Source: an uncultured Desulfosarcina sp. (GTDB lineage: Bacteria; Desulfobacterota; Desulfobacteria; Desulfobacterales; Desulfosarcinaceae). Taken from it: a stretch of DNA of 64,000 nt. The stretch lies in NCBI GenBank assembly GCA_963674945.2, contig CAXXWQ010000004.1:960001-1024000 (forward strand), given 5' to 3'. Both the position numbers and the translations under genes were made by a program. The notes under the pieces are model-generated. The model was given only the letters and a program-made list of their open reading frames with translations. It searched no databases and had not been told where the DNA came from. Below, in pieces: positions 20,901 to 32,001 of the stretch. The first letter of the stretch is position 1. Each line of letters begins with the position of its first letter.

Positions 20901-22133
20901 ATGGAAGCACAAACCCACCAATTGATTCAAGTTGTCTATTGCAGTACAGCTACGGACGAAATGACGCGGGATAAAATCGAACGCTTGCTTCGGGCTTCTC
21001 AAAAACGCAACGAGAAATTGGGTATCACGGGCATGCTGCTCTGCGCGGGGCGAAGTTTCCTTCAAGTGATCGAAGGTGAAAAAAAGAATGTCGACAAGCT
21101 CGTCTCCTCCATTGAGAGGGATGAGCGACATCAAAACATCACTGTCATCATCCGCGAGCCCATCGCCAAACGCGCCTTCGGTGACTGGACAATGGGCTAC
21201 GCCGACCTGAAAATGGCCGATGTCGAAACCATCATCGGCATCAACGATTTTTTCCAGCAGGATGAACCGTTTACCCAAATTGAACACGGAAGGGCAAAAA
21301 AACTTCTGGATTTGTTCAAAAAAGGCCGCTGGCGGGCAAAAATTCGCAACCATGTCGATCAAAACGGTCCCGTTTGCCGGTACCGCTGCAATGCGGCTTT
21401 TGCAGCCGCTACAGCCAGCACACCGCCGGCTGGCGCATCCTATTCCTTTGCCTTTCAACCCATCGTGAATACCAGCGACTGCACCATTTTTTCCTATGAG
21501 GCACTTTTACGGGGCACGGACGAAGAATCTGCTATGGATGTCATGAACACCATTCCTCCTGCCGGACGGGCTGCATTTAGCGATGAATCCTGCATCCAGG
21601 CCCTGCATTGGGCGGCCTATCGGGGACTTTCCACGCGTTTGAACCTGAATATCATGCCGTCGATGGTGTCCTCCTCGCCTTCTTCCATCGTGTCGATCCT
21701 GGAAGCGGTGGAGCGGCTGCACATCTTGCCGAAGCAGATCGTATTGGAAATCCTGGAAAGCGAGGTCGTCGGGTCGTTGAAAGGTTTTTCAACTGCACTG
21801 CGGGATTACCGCAGAACAGGGTTGCTTTTCGCGATTGACGATTTCGGGGCCGGATACGCCGGATTGAATCTGCTCGCCGAGTTTCAGCCCGACTTTCTCA
21901 AATTGGACCTGCGCCTGGTTCGAGACGTCGAAAAAAAAGGACCCAAACAGGCGATTATCCGAGGAATCCGTCGCACCTGCCTCGATCTGGGCATAGAGAT
22001 CATCGCAGAAGGGGTTGAAACGGAAAGCGAATTCCGCTGGTTGCAGGAAGAGGGCATTCGTTTGTTTCAGGGATATCTCTTTGCCCGACCGGCCTTCCAA
22101 AAATTGCCGGCTTCACTCTTTGGTCCTGCTTGA
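20901..22133 (+). CDS. BLUF + EAL blue-light-regulated c-di-GMP phosphodiesterase-like protein (BluF/BlrP-like)
   Basis: BLUF: YCS...RN..LGITGML...FLQVIEG. EAL: FQPIV, YEALLR, DDFGAGY, KLD, AEGVE. Confidence 0.92.
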   Translation: MEAQTHQLIQVVYCSTATDEMTRDKIERLLRASQKRNEKLGITGMLLCAGRSFLQVIEGEKKNVDKLVSSIERDERHQNITVIIREPIAKRAFGDWTMGYADLKMADVETIIGINDFFQQDEPFTQIEHGRAKKLLDLFKKGRWRAKIRNHVDQNGPVCRYRCNAAFAAATASTPPAGASYSFAFQPIVNTSDCTIFSYEALLRGTDEESAMDVMNTIPPAGRAAFSDESCIQALHWAAYRGLSTRLNLNIMPSMVSSSPSSIVSILEAVERLHILPKQIVLEILESEVVGSLKGFSTALRDYRRTGLLFAIDDFGAGYAGLNLLAEFQPDFLKLDLRLVRDVEKKGPKQAIIRGIRRTCLDLGIEIIAEGVETESEFRWLQEEGIRLFQGYLFARPAFQKLPASLFGPA

Positions 22134-22399
22134 TCGAGTTTTTCGGATCATTTTCGGTCATGTCTTGCTGGAAATCGTCAGGAATGTGTTTCCGCACATT
22201 CGGTAAAATTTCTCTTGCGCCTTGATCGCGACCGGACATACCGATTTCTTGATACGAAATTGGTAGGATTAACCTACCGGCAACCGGTCAACTGTCTCAT
22301 ATTGCTGCAATCCGTACCTGTATTACTATCATGCCATACAAAATCTATAAGCAAACACAGACAACCTTCTGTGATTGGTTGTCTGCAGGGGGTGTAGCC

Positions 22400-23479
22400 A
22401 TGAAATGGTCTGTCAAAATAGGAAGATTCGTCGGTATCGATGTACATATGCATTTGACTTTCCTGCTGTTGATTGGATGGATCGCGCTGATACACTGGCA
22501 AGTTGGCCGCAGCGTTTTGGCAGCCCTGGTCGGGGTGATGTTTGTCCTCGCCATCTTCATGTGCGTGGTCCTGCACGAATTCGGCCATGCCTTGATGGCC
22601 AGGCGCTATGAAATTGCGACCCGCGACATCATTTTGCTGCCCATCGGCGGTGTGGCGCGCCTGGAGAGGATGCCCAGCCAACCGATTCAGGAGCTGTGGG
22701 TCGCCTTGGCCGGACCCGCCGTGAATGCGGTCATCGCCTTGGCATTGTTCGTATGGCTGAAATTGACTGCCTCGTGGGAGCCGTTCCAGAGCCTGACCGT
22801 AACTGCCGGTCCTTTTCTCGAGCGTCTCATGGCGGTCAATCTTTTCATGATCGCCTTCAATATGATTCCGGCCTTTCCCATGGACGGGGGGCGTGTCTTG
22901 CGTGCCATACTGGCTACCCGGCAGGACTACAGCCGCGCAACGGGCATCGCCGCCGCCATCGGCCGCACAATTGCCTTGTTGTTCGCCGTGATTGGACTCT
23001 TCTACAATCCGTTTTTGATTCTCATTGCGCTGTTTGTCTGGATGGGTGCGACCCAAGAAGCCGGCATGGCGCGGCTGAAATCTGACATCGGCGGTATTCC
23101 GGTTCATCAGGCAATGGTGAGTGATTTTAAGACGCTTTCCATCCAGGACAGTTTGCACCGCGCCGTTGAATTGTCCTTGGCGGGGACCCAGAAAGATTTT
23201 CCGGTGATCAGCGACGGGGCTTTGGAGGGTATGCTCAGGCAAACCGACCTGTTGAGGGCCTTGTCCGCACACGATGCCCAGTCGACCGTGGGATCCGTGG
23301 TCAGACAGGACGTGGCCACCGTTGACTTCACGGAGATGCTGGATGCTGTGGTCGCCAAATTTAGCGCCTGTCAATGCCACACCCTGCCCGTCACCCGAGA
23401 CGGCGAACTCGTCGGCCTGTTGACATCGGACAATCTCGAGGCCTTGGTGCGCATTCGGGCTGCCGCGTCCAACTCGTAA
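22400..23479 (+). CDS. Site-2 protease (M50, SpoIVFB-like) with CBS pair
   Basis: HEFGH and FNMIPAFPMDGGR motifs; C-terminal CBS domains. Confidence 0.93.
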   Translation: MKWSVKIGRFVGIDVHMHLTFLLLIGWIALIHWQVGRSVLAALVGVMFVLAIFMCVVLHEFGHALMARRYEIATRDIILLPIGGVARLERMPSQPIQELWVALAGPAVNAVIALALFVWLKLTASWEPFQSLTVTAGPFLERLMAVNLFMIAFNMIPAFPMDGGRVLRAILATRQDYSRATGIAAAIGRTIALLFAVIGLFYNPFLILIALFVWMGATQEAGMARLKSDIGGIPVHQAMVSDFKTLSIQDSLHRAVELSLAGTQKDFPVISDGALEGMLRQTDLLRALSAHDAQSTVGSVVRQDVATVDFTEMLDAVVAKFSACQCHTLPVTRDGELVGLLTSDNLEALVRIRAAASNS

Positions 23480-23496
23480 TGGAGCGGAACAACATT

Positions 23497-24465
23497 TCAT
23501 GGCAGCAGTCCCGCGTGCCTTGCGTAACGATGCACGACTTCACGCGATGCGGCCGTTGACGAACGCCGAACCAACGGATAAAGCCGCCGGCAATCGTCCA
23601 GTGACAATTGGTCGGTGAGCATACCGACGTTCAGTTCATCGCGCGTATGCGGGTACGATGCGTCGTCATCGATGATCTCCTCCTTGACAATCAGTTTGTT
23701 GTAGATCAATGCACGCGCCGCAAGAAGATCCTCGGCGTGGAATCGGCCATGGGGATGAAACCGATAGTAGAGGGTCAACAGGTCACCGGGTCCGAACAGA
23801 TGGCGACGACAGCCTAACTGACGCACAACACCGGTCATGAGAAAATGGACGCGCAAGGGATAGCCGACCGGCAGTCTCCGCCTGAGCGCTTGCCAGAGGG
23901 GATAGTGAATTTGACCGGCTTCGATGTACGTCTTGCCTGTTTCCCTTAAAAGAGCCGCCATTGCCCGGGCCCGCATGCCGTCGCGCAGGGTGAACCGCTT
24001 AGCATCTGCCCGGGCGAAGCGTTTGACCGCTGCTACGGTGGTCTCGAAATTGCCGGTGGTGGATGTGTGGTAAAAATCGAGCAGGGCCTTGGCGGCCGAG
24101 CGTTCAACCCGATAAACGCGCTGTTGATCCGTGCCTGCAGGCAGATCCTGCGGCCCCTGACCGTTGGCAAACAAGTCGTGGATTGCCAGAAGAACATCCA
24201 TGAAAGGATCGAGCTGAACCAGCCGGGCGCCGGCCCGATGCAGCTCGCGCAGGATTTGGGCCATACGATGGCTGAATGCCGGGTATTCTATATCCTGCGT
24301 TTCGAGATAATCCGCGATGGAAATCCCACCATCGAGCATGGCTGCAAAGCGGTCGTCCACCGGCTCTTCCAAAATAATCGTGTCGTGGGCCACCATCAGC
24401 TGCCGAGCAAGCGGCAGGGTTTCCGGACGATGATTGGCCAAAACGAGGATCGCGGACATCGTCAT
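23497..24465 (-). CDS. Conserved hypothetical protein
   Basis: 322-aa ORF with GGAGG SD; no recognised function. Confidence 0.75.
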   Translation of the reverse strand: MTMSAILVLANHRPETLPLARQLMVAHDTIILEEPVDDRFAAMLDGGISIADYLETQDIEYPAFSHRMAQILRELHRAGARLVQLDPFMDVLLAIHDLFANGQGPQDLPAGTDQQRVYRVERSAAKALLDFYHTSTTGNFETTVAAVKRFARADAKRFTLRDGMRARAMAALLRETGKTYIEAGQIHYPLWQALRRRLPVGYPLRVHFLMTGVVRQLGCRRHLFGPGDLLTLYYRFHPHGRFHAEDLLAARALIYNKLIVKEEIIDDDASYPHTRDELNVGMLTDQLSLDDCRRLYPLVRRSSTAASREVVHRYARHAGLLP

Positions 24466-24657
24466 GCCTTCCTCCTTGTGCGTTTCTGTCCCGCAATTGT
24501 CGTTTACAAGACGGCAATCTTCATGCGATGATTCATTCTATTCCTCATATTTCTGATCGTGATTGGATGATCGGTATCCGCCCAGTATACGTATACTTCG
24601 AACCAATCCGCGGAACCATATCCCATTGACCGTTATCGCTCTACAAAAGGAGAATTC

Positions 24658-25983
24658 ATGCTGGAATTTACACTCTCACCGGAGCAGATCGAACTCCAAC
24701 AAAAAGCCCGCACGTTTGCCTTGACGGAGATCCTGCCGGTTGCGTGGTACTACGATGAAGCCGATGAGATGCCGCTGTCCGTGCTGCGCAAAGCCTACGA
24801 TGCCGGTATCATGAATATCGACATCCCCAAATCCTACGGCGGTCAGGGACTGGGCCTGGTGGAAGCCGCCATCCTGACCGAAGAAATGGCGGCAGTTTGC
24901 CCGGGTCTGGCCACATCGATTTTTGACAATTCTCTGGGCATGGAACCCTTGCTCCTCTCTAACAACGAAAGCCTGCGCGCGCACTACCTACCGAAAATTC
25001 TCAAGGAATTCAAAAAAATCAGCTTTGCCACCTCCGAACCACTGATGGGTTCGGATGTGGCCGGCATTCGCTGCAACGCCACAGCGGACGGGGACGACTA
25101 TATCCTCAACGGAACCAAATACTGGATTACCAACGGCGGTGTGGCGGATTATGTCTCGGTGTTCGCCACCGTCGATTCCAAGAAGCAGCATGACGGCATT
25201 TGTGCATTTCTGGTGGAGACAAACTGGCCCGGCGTTCGCGTGGGGCGTCCGATCCCCAAGATGGGCCAACGCAGCTCGAACACGGTGGCATTGAAATTCG
25301 ACAATGTTCGTATTCCGCGAGGCAATATCCTGGCCCCACCGGGAAAGGGTTTCGTCCTGGCCATGAAGACCTTCGGCCGCACCCGTCCCATCATCGGTGC
25401 ATTCGGTGTGGGTGCCGCACGTTCCGCCATGGAATTCTCACTGGATTATGCCAAAAAGCGCAAGGCCTTCGGCATGCCCATCTCCGGGTTCCAGGCCATC
25501 CAGTTCAAAATCGCCGAGATGTACCAGAAAGTCGAAACCGCCCGGCTTCTCACCCTCAAGGCCGCCTGGGAGGCCGACCAGGGTATCGATCCCACTCTGA
25601 ATGCGTCCATCGCCAAATTCTATGCCACGGAAGCTGCGTTCGAGGTGGTCAACGAGGCCCTTCAGATCTTCGGTGGCTTTGGCTACACCAAAATGTTCCC
25701 CGTGGAGAAGCTTCTGCGCGATGTCCGCCTGCTGCGCATCTATGAGGGGACCAGCGAGGTACAGCGGTTGATCGTCGCCGGTCATGTGATGGGCCAGTAC
25801 CAGCCGGTCATGCCGCCACTGGAAGATCTGCCCCTGCATCGCGAGACCGACCCGCTGGCCGATGGCGGTGGGCAGACCACATGGCGCTGCCGTATATGTG
25901 GTCATGTGCATTACGGTGACGAGGCGCCCGACGAATGTCCCTACTGCTTTTTCCCCGCAACGGCGTTCAAGAAAATGGGATAA
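24658..25983 (+). CDS. Acyl-CoA dehydrogenase with C-terminal rubredoxin-like domain
   Basis: SEP..GSD, NGTKYWITNG, QIFGGFGY, IYEGTSE motifs; tail CRICGH...PDECPYC. Confidence 0.93.
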   Translation: MLEFTLSPEQIELQQKARTFALTEILPVAWYYDEADEMPLSVLRKAYDAGIMNIDIPKSYGGQGLGLVEAAILTEEMAAVCPGLATSIFDNSLGMEPLLLSNNESLRAHYLPKILKEFKKISFATSEPLMGSDVAGIRCNATADGDDYILNGTKYWITNGGVADYVSVFATVDSKKQHDGICAFLVETNWPGVRVGRPIPKMGQRSSNTVALKFDNVRIPRGNILAPPGKGFVLAMKTFGRTRPIIGAFGVGAARSAMEFSLDYAKKRKAFGMPISGFQAIQFKIAEMYQKVETARLLTLKAAWEADQGIDPTLNASIAKFYATEAAFEVVNEALQIFGGFGYTKMFPVEKLLRDVRLLRIYEGTSEVQRLIVAGHVMGQYQPVMPPLEDLPLHRETDPLADGGGQTTWRCRICGHVHYGDEAPDECPYCFFPATAFKKMG

Positions 25984-26030
25984 CCGTCACCGGGTTGGTA
26001 ACCATCCGCATCCTTCGGCACTGAGGCGTA

Positions 26031-26756
26031 TCATTTCTTCTTTGGACTCTCTTTGTGCGTGCCGATCATTCGTTTGGTCTGGTTGATGCGCTTGGTAATC
26101 AAAATCGACCGCGGACAGGCCCGGGTACATTGAAAATGATTTTGGCAAAGCCACACGCCGCTTTTGTGATCCAGCACATCCATGCGTGCCTCGAATCCAT
26201 GATCCCGCGTATCCGCAAGAAACCGGTAGGCCTGGACGATGGCTGCCGGGCCGAGAAAGGCGGGGTTGTCTGCCAGCACCGGGCAGGCCGAATAGCAGGC
26301 CGCACATAGGAGGCAGTTGGTGGTGTCATCGAACTGCATCCGTTCTTCCTGGGATTGGATGCGCTCTTTTTCGGCCACCGGCGCATCATTGATCAAATAA
26401 GGTTTGATCGATCTGTATTTTCTGAAAAAATCACTCTGATCGACAATCAGATCCCGTTGGACCGGTAAAAAACGCAGCGGTGCCACTGTAACGGTGTCCC
26501 CCTCTTTGTCGACCACATCCTTGATCAGGGTCTTGCAGGCCAGGCCGTCCTTGCCGTTGATGCGCATGGCGTCCGAACCGCAGACACCGTGGGCACAGCT
26601 TTTGCGGAAACACAGGCTTCCATCCTGAAAGCGCTTGACCTGCATGAGCGCATCCAGGAGCCGGTCGTTGGGTTCGGCATCCACCGTATATTCCTGCTCG
26701 TAGGGTGCCTCGTCGGTGTCGGGATTGTACCGTTGGATCTGTAAGATGATTTTCAT
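26031..26756 (-). CDS. sdhB: Succinate dehydrogenase/fumarate reductase Fe-S subunit
   Basis: SCAHGVCGSD, CLLCAACYSACP and C-terminal CTRACP clusters. Confidence 0.95.
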   Translation of the reverse strand: MKIILQIQRYNPDTDEAPYEQEYTVDAEPNDRLLDALMQVKRFQDGSLCFRKSCAHGVCGSDAMRINGKDGLACKTLIKDVVDKEGDTVTVAPLRFLPVQRDLIVDQSDFFRKYRSIKPYLINDAPVAEKERIQSQEERMQFDDTTNCLLCAACYSACPVLADNPAFLGPAAIVQAYRFLADTRDHGFEARMDVLDHKSGVWLCQNHFQCTRACPRSILITKRINQTKRMIGTHKESPKKK

Positions 26757-26771
26757 ATTCGGCTCCTTGGT

Positions 26772-28508
26772 TCAATAGGTGCGCGCCTTGGGTTCCCAGA
26801 TGGAAGTATCCACCGCCTTATGGTCAAGCCGCACCGCATCGTCTTCCAGATAGGCCAGCGAATGTTTGAGCCAGTTGGTGTCGTCTCTTTCCGGAAAGTC
26901 CTCGCGGCTGTGGGCCCCCCGGCTCTCCTGGCGATGGAGGGCCGCCGCGGCGGTAATCAGGGATAGATCCAACAGGTTGCCCAATTCGATGATTTCCAAA
27001 AGGTCGGTATTGAACGATCTGCCCGTGTCCTGGACCCTGACCGATCGATAACGCTCCCGCAGGTGCTGCACCGCGTCCACTGCCGACTGCATATCGTCGG
27101 CATTACGATAGATGCCCACCTTCTCCATCATCGTGGTTTGCATCTCGTCGGTGATGTGGCCGCCGTGGGGGCCGGAGGTGCCATCGGTGAGACGCGCGAC
27201 CAGGGCAAGGGAATCGTCTTTGGCCTCGGCTGGCGGTTGGGGCATGGCGGCATGTTTCACATAATCACCAATGTGTCGACCGGCCCGCCGTCCGAAAACC
27301 ACCAGGTCGAGAAGGCTGTTGGTGCCAAGCCGGTTGGCGCCATGAACGGATACGCAGGCGCATTCCCCGGCTGCGTAAAGGCCGTCGACGATGGTCCCTT
27401 CACCGTCCAATACGACACGTCCATGGTCATCCGTGGGAATTCCGCCCATGGCGTAATGCGCCGTGGGCAGCACCGGTATGGGTGTCTCGGCCGGGTCGAT
27501 GCCCAGATAGGTTTGGCAGAATCCGCTGATGTCGGGCAATTTGCTATTCAGGGTCGTTTTGCCCAAATGGGTCGCATCCAGATGCACATAATCGTCAATT
27601 CTGCGGTCCCCGCGGATTCCCCGCCCTGACCGCACCTCGGTGAGGATGGAACGGGCCACGATGTCCCGGGGGGCCAGGTCCAGGAGGGTCGGCGAGTGGT
27701 GCTCCATGAAGCGCTCTTTGTTTCGATTGCGCAGGATTCCGCCTTCTCCACGAACGGCTTCGGAGATCAGGATGCCCAGGCCCATGATACCGGTGGGATG
27801 GAACTGGAAGAATTCCATATCCTCCAGCGGGATTCCCCGTCGGGCACACACGGCCGGACCGTCGCCGGTGTTGGCGTAGGCGTTGGAGGTGATCTTGAAG
27901 ATTCGCCCGAAGCCGCCGGTGGCAAAAAGGACCGCCTTTGCGGCAAACACATGCAGGTCCCCGCTGGCCAGCTCCACGGCCACGACGCCCTGGGCCGTGT
28001 TGCCATCCAGTATCAGGTCCAGCACCTGAAATTCGTCGAAAAAGGCCACATCGTTCTTGATGCACTGCTGATAGAGGGTCTGTAGGATCATGTGCCCGGT
28101 GCGGTCGGCCGCATAACACGCACGACGAACGGGACCTTCCCCGAAATTTCGGGTATGCCCCCCGAAGCGACGCTGGTCGATGCGACCTTCCGGGGTGCGG
28201 TTGAATGGCAATCCGCGGTTTTCCAGGTCGTATACGGCCTGGACCGCCTCTTCGGCCAAGATTGTCGCCGCCTGCTGATCGACGAGATAATCGCCCCCCT
28301 TGACCGTATCAAACGCATGCCATTCGGGTTTGTCCTCCTCCACGTTGCCCAGCGCGGCGCTGATCCCTCCCTGGGCCGCCCCGGTATGGCTGCGAATGGG
28401 GTACAGCTTGGAGAGAACCGCCGTTTTCGATCGCCGGCCGGCCTCCAGGGCCGCGTAAAGCCCGGCCCCACCGGAGCCGACGATCACCGTGTCGTAGTGG
28501 TGAATCAC
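26772..28508 (-). CDS. sdhA: Succinate dehydrogenase/fumarate reductase flavoprotein subunit
   Basis: [39 protein letters not shown] motifs; GTG start at 28508 after AAGGAGG. Confidence 0.96.
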   Translation of the reverse strand: MIHHYDTVIVGSGGAGLYAALEAGRRSKTAVLSKLYPIRSHTGAAQGGISAALGNVEEDKPEWHAFDTVKGGDYLVDQQAATILAEEAVQAVYDLENRGLPFNRTPEGRIDQRRFGGHTRNFGEGPVRRACYAADRTGHMILQTLYQQCIKNDVAFFDEFQVLDLILDGNTAQGVVAVELASGDLHVFAAKAVLFATGGFGRIFKITSNAYANTGDGPAVCARRGIPLEDMEFFQFHPTGIMGLGILISEAVRGEGGILRNRNKERFMEHHSPTLLDLAPRDIVARSILTEVRSGRGIRGDRRIDDYVHLDATHLGKTTLNSKLPDISGFCQTYLGIDPAETPIPVLPTAHYAMGGIPTDDHGRVVLDGEGTIVDGLYAAGECACVSVHGANRLGTNSLLDLVVFGRRAGRHIGDYVKHAAMPQPPAEAKDDSLALVARLTDGTSGPHGGHITDEMQTTMMEKVGIYRNADDMQSAVDAVQHLRERYRSVRVQDTGRSFNTDLLEIIELGNLLDLSLITAAAALHRQESRGAHSREDFPERDDTNWLKHSLAYLEDDAVRLDHKAVDTSIWEPKARTY

Positions 28509-29208
28509 GAGCACCTCCTTATAGTTTGATTCCCTTTGATCCAGGAACAATTTCGAAAAGAGACCCTTAACGCAATGGGTAACGATATGAACGCGCTTTC
28601 AACATCCATCAATCGAAAAGAAAATCAAAAAAGCCGCTGGCATGAGGAAGCGTTGCGCAGAGGAGCTTGGAATACGGCCACAAAGCAGGGAATCGATGAA
28701 ATCAACGATGCGCCGTTCAACAGTAGCGAACCTCGTCGTGCACCGCAAGAAGAATCACTTCGGTAGGATAGGACCGCCCCATCTTTGTCAATCCAAAGTA
28801 TGGGGCGGGTAACATCAAAATTACCTTACAACGTTTGCGGTTTACACAAATTTTCGGCCTTTGCTCCGCTGCGTCCACAGCCCTCGCAGTAATGCCGATG
28901 TAATCAGTAATGAAATCATTGACCTTGTTATAATATTTGGTAATATGATGCAGCAAATACTTACAAGGTTACCTCAACGCTTGAAACCGAACCTGCGATT
29001 CAGCCCCATTGAACTGACTTTCCGGTCCATTATTCGCCTTATATGAGGAAACCATGGAGGCCATCGGCAAGGCGGCACCGGTTTCTATTCCCGGCTAATG
29101 GTTGTAGCGAAAAATCTGTAAAAGGCCGAATGGCTGTATTCAGCCTTTTTGCGCTTTTATAGCATGGCTTCATATAAAATGTTGATAATGCAGAAGGAGG
29201 TTCATCCG

Positions 29209-29820
29209 ATGAAAGTACTGATCGTTTATTATTCCACCTATGGACACGTTCATAAAATGGCCGAGGCAATTTCAGAAGGCGTAAAACAGGTCGATGGCGC
29301 TGAGGCAGTCATGCGGCGCGTTCCTGAGACGCTGCCCGACGAAATACTCGAAAATATGGGCGCCGTAGAAGCGCAGAAGGCCATTTCACATGTGCCCATC
29401 TGCACCGTGGACGAGCTGGCCTCGGCTGACGCCATCATTTTCGGGACACCGACACGTTTCGGCAACATGTGTGGACAGATGCGCCAGTTTCTGGATGCAA
29501 CCGGTCAGCTCTGGTCCCAGGGTGCCCTGGTTGGCAAGGTCGGCAGCGTTTTTACCAGCAGCGCCACGCAGCATGGCGGCCAGGAGTCCACCCTTCTTTC
29601 GTTCCACATATCACTGTTGCATCATGGCTTTTTAATCGCGGGGCTGCCCTACGCCTTTCAGGGCCAGATGAAGATCGACGAGGTGACGGGTGGCTCTCCA
29701 TATGGCGCTTCGACGATCGCGGGCGGATCTGGGGAGCGAATGCCCAGCGAAAACGAACTGGACGGCGCACGCTTTCAAGGCAAACATGTCGCGGAGATAG
29801 CCAAAAGGCTCGTAGCGTAG
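29209..29820 (+). CDS. wrbA: NAD(P)H:quinone oxidoreductase WrbA
   Basis: [31 protein letters not shown] motifs; GGAGG SD. Confidence 0.96.
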   Translation: MKVLIVYYSTYGHVHKMAEAISEGVKQVDGAEAVMRRVPETLPDEILENMGAVEAQKAISHVPICTVDELASADAIIFGTPTRFGNMCGQMRQFLDATGQLWSQGALVGKVGSVFTSSATQHGGQESTLLSFHISLLHHGFLIAGLPYAFQGQMKIDEVTGGSPYGASTIAGGSGERMPSENELDGARFQGKHVAEIAKRLVA

Positions 29821-30077
29821 ATTTTGATCTCCGCAGCCAGATGGGGTGAACAAACTTCAATCCACATACCAACCTCTTATTATCGAGGCATACTCTTTTT
29901 TATGACGAAGCGCCGACCCGCCGCCTTGAACAAACACGCGACATATTGGATCGGTTTTACCGAATCCATTAACGGTTGACCCATCACGGATTCTGGTGTG
30001 GAATACGAAAAATCGTTATGAATTGAAGTCATTTCCTCTTGCGTAGCAGATAAACTTGAACAAGCGTTGCATAAACA

Positions 30078-31082
30078 ATGGACTCGTTAACCCAGTTAAC
30101 ATTTGGCGCCGCCTGTGGAGAGGCCATCCTTGGTAAGAAGGTCGGAAGGAAGGCACTTTTCTGGGGTGCCGTCTTGGGAACATTGCCTGATCTGGATGTC
30201 TTCATTCCCCTCGGTGGCCCGGTAAATGACTTCGTATACCACCGCGGCTTCAGCCATTCTCTCATTCTTTTGGCGCTCTTATCGCCGATTGTAGCCTGGC
30301 TGATTTCGAACATCCATCCTGACACAAAACGATATTATCGCCGATGGGTGCTGCTTTCCTTGATCGTACTGGAAACCAGTGTGCTTCTGGATCTGCTGAC
30401 CATATACGGCACACAAATCTTTTGGCCTTTTGACACCACGCCCATGGCAATCCCGGTTCTGTTCATCATCGATCCCCTTTTTACGTTGCCGGTTCTCTCG
30501 GGCGTCCTGGTTGCCCTGGTGTTGAAAAGAAGTCGTTCCCTGGGTCATCGGCTCAATACGATTGGCCTTTTTCTCAGCCTAACCTATCTTGCCTGGTCAT
30601 TAAGTGCCGGTGAATTCGTCAGACACAGGGTAACGAAAAAGCTTGCTCACCAGGAGGTGTTCTATTCCCAGTACATCGCCTCCCCGGCACCGTTCACCAC
30701 TCTGCTATGGCGGGTCGTGGGCATCGACAAAGACCGATATTTCGAAACCTATTTTTCACTATTCGATCAAGATTTACCGTTGCTCGTGGATTTCTTCCCC
30801 AGGAACTTGGCTTTAATGAACGGAATCGAAGAGCACCCACCGGTTGTCAAACTGAAATGGTTCACCAGGGGCTATTATGCCTTTTCGACTGTGGGTGAAT
30901 ATGTGGCCATGACCGACTTGCGCATGGGATCGGAACCCGATTATGTCTTCCGTTTCAAGGTTGCCAGATTGAACGATTGTCATCCCCAACCCGTTGACGA
31001 TGAAAGGCTGGCAACCAAACTGGATTGGCGGGGCCTGGCTTGGGTATGGAAGAGAATCTGGAACGTCATTCCGCAATCATGA
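30078..31082 (+). CDS. Membrane-bound metal-dependent hydrolase (YdjM/DUF457 family)
   Basis: MDSLTQ..GA, LPDLD, HRGFSHS, TIYGTQ motifs. Confidence 0.88.
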   Translation: MDSLTQLTFGAACGEAILGKKVGRKALFWGAVLGTLPDLDVFIPLGGPVNDFVYHRGFSHSLILLALLSPIVAWLISNIHPDTKRYYRRWVLLSLIVLETSVLLDLLTIYGTQIFWPFDTTPMAIPVLFIIDPLFTLPVLSGVLVALVLKRSRSLGHRLNTIGLFLSLTYLAWSLSAGEFVRHRVTKKLAHQEVFYSQYIASPAPFTTLLWRVVGIDKDRYFETYFSLFDQDLPLLVDFFPRNLALMNGIEEHPPVVKLKWFTRGYYAFSTVGEYVAMTDLRMGSEPDYVFRFKVARLNDCHPQPVDDERLATKLDWRGLAWVWKRIWNVIPQS

Positions 31083-31200
31083 GAAAAATAGAATCGCTAC
31101 ATGCACCAGAACATTGCAACGAAAATATCATTATAACCAGTGGACAAATACGATCCCATCTTTAGCTTTGTAAAAGCGCTTGAATGAAAAGGGGAAAATT

Positions 31201-31974
31201 ATGTGCCGCGTAACGAAGACATTTATATTTTGCTTTACCTGTTTTCTTTCGCTGTTATTGGCATTGCCAACCTCGGCGGCTGAACAAAATAACGGGAAGC
31301 GTTTTCGTATGACATTGGAAGGTGGGCCGGTCTGGCAAGCCAAAAACGATGTGCGAATTCCCGGCAACACCGGTACGGCGTTTTCGTTTGCGGATTTGAC
31401 CGGAAGCGGGCCCTATGCTGCGGGCCGGTTCACCTTTGACTGGAATTTCCTGGAACGGCACGGATTGCGGTTAGAAGTGGCACCACTGAGAATTGACGGC
31501 AGCGGCACGTTTCATCAGCCGGTCTCATTTGCAGGTACAACATTTTCCCCTGGTACGCCAACCGAAGGCAAATACAAATTTGATACCTACCGGGTTTCCT
31601 ATCGCTATCGATTTCTCAACAAAAGCGCATGGCGCATGCATGTCGGTGCTACGATTCTGCTGCGTGATGCCAAAATCGAACTCGAACAGCCTGGCCGAAA
31701 GGCGTCCGATAGTAATGTGGGCGTCGCCCCCCTGCTTAACTTTTCGACGCGGTGGGCCTTTGCCAGACGATGGGCAGCGATTTTCGACTTCCAGGGACTT
31801 GCCGGCGGACCCGGTCGGGCATTGGATCTGGCGTTACAACTACGCTACGATCTTACTGACAGCTGGAGCATAGGAGGCGGTTACCGGATGTTGGAAGGTG
31901 GCTCCGATACTGATGATGTCTACACTTTCAGCTGGTTCAATTACGGGTTTGCGACGGTGGGTTATCAATTTTAA
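31201..31974 (+). CDS. Putative outer-membrane beta-barrel protein
   Basis: Signal peptide, amphipathic beta pattern, terminal YQF. Confidence 0.75.
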   Translation: MCRVTKTFIFCFTCFLSLLLALPTSAAEQNNGKRFRMTLEGGPVWQAKNDVRIPGNTGTAFSFADLTGSGPYAAGRFTFDWNFLERHGLRLEVAPLRIDGSGTFHQPVSFAGTTFSPGTPTEGKYKFDTYRVSYRYRFLNKSAWRMHVGATILLRDAKIELEQPGRKASDSNVGVAPLLNFSTRWAFARRWAAIFDFQGLAGGPGRALDLALQLRYDLTDSWSIGGGYRMLEGGSDTDDVYTFSWFNYGFATVGYQF

Positions 31975-32001
31975 TTGTTACCGATTCACCAAGGAGGAAA
32001 T

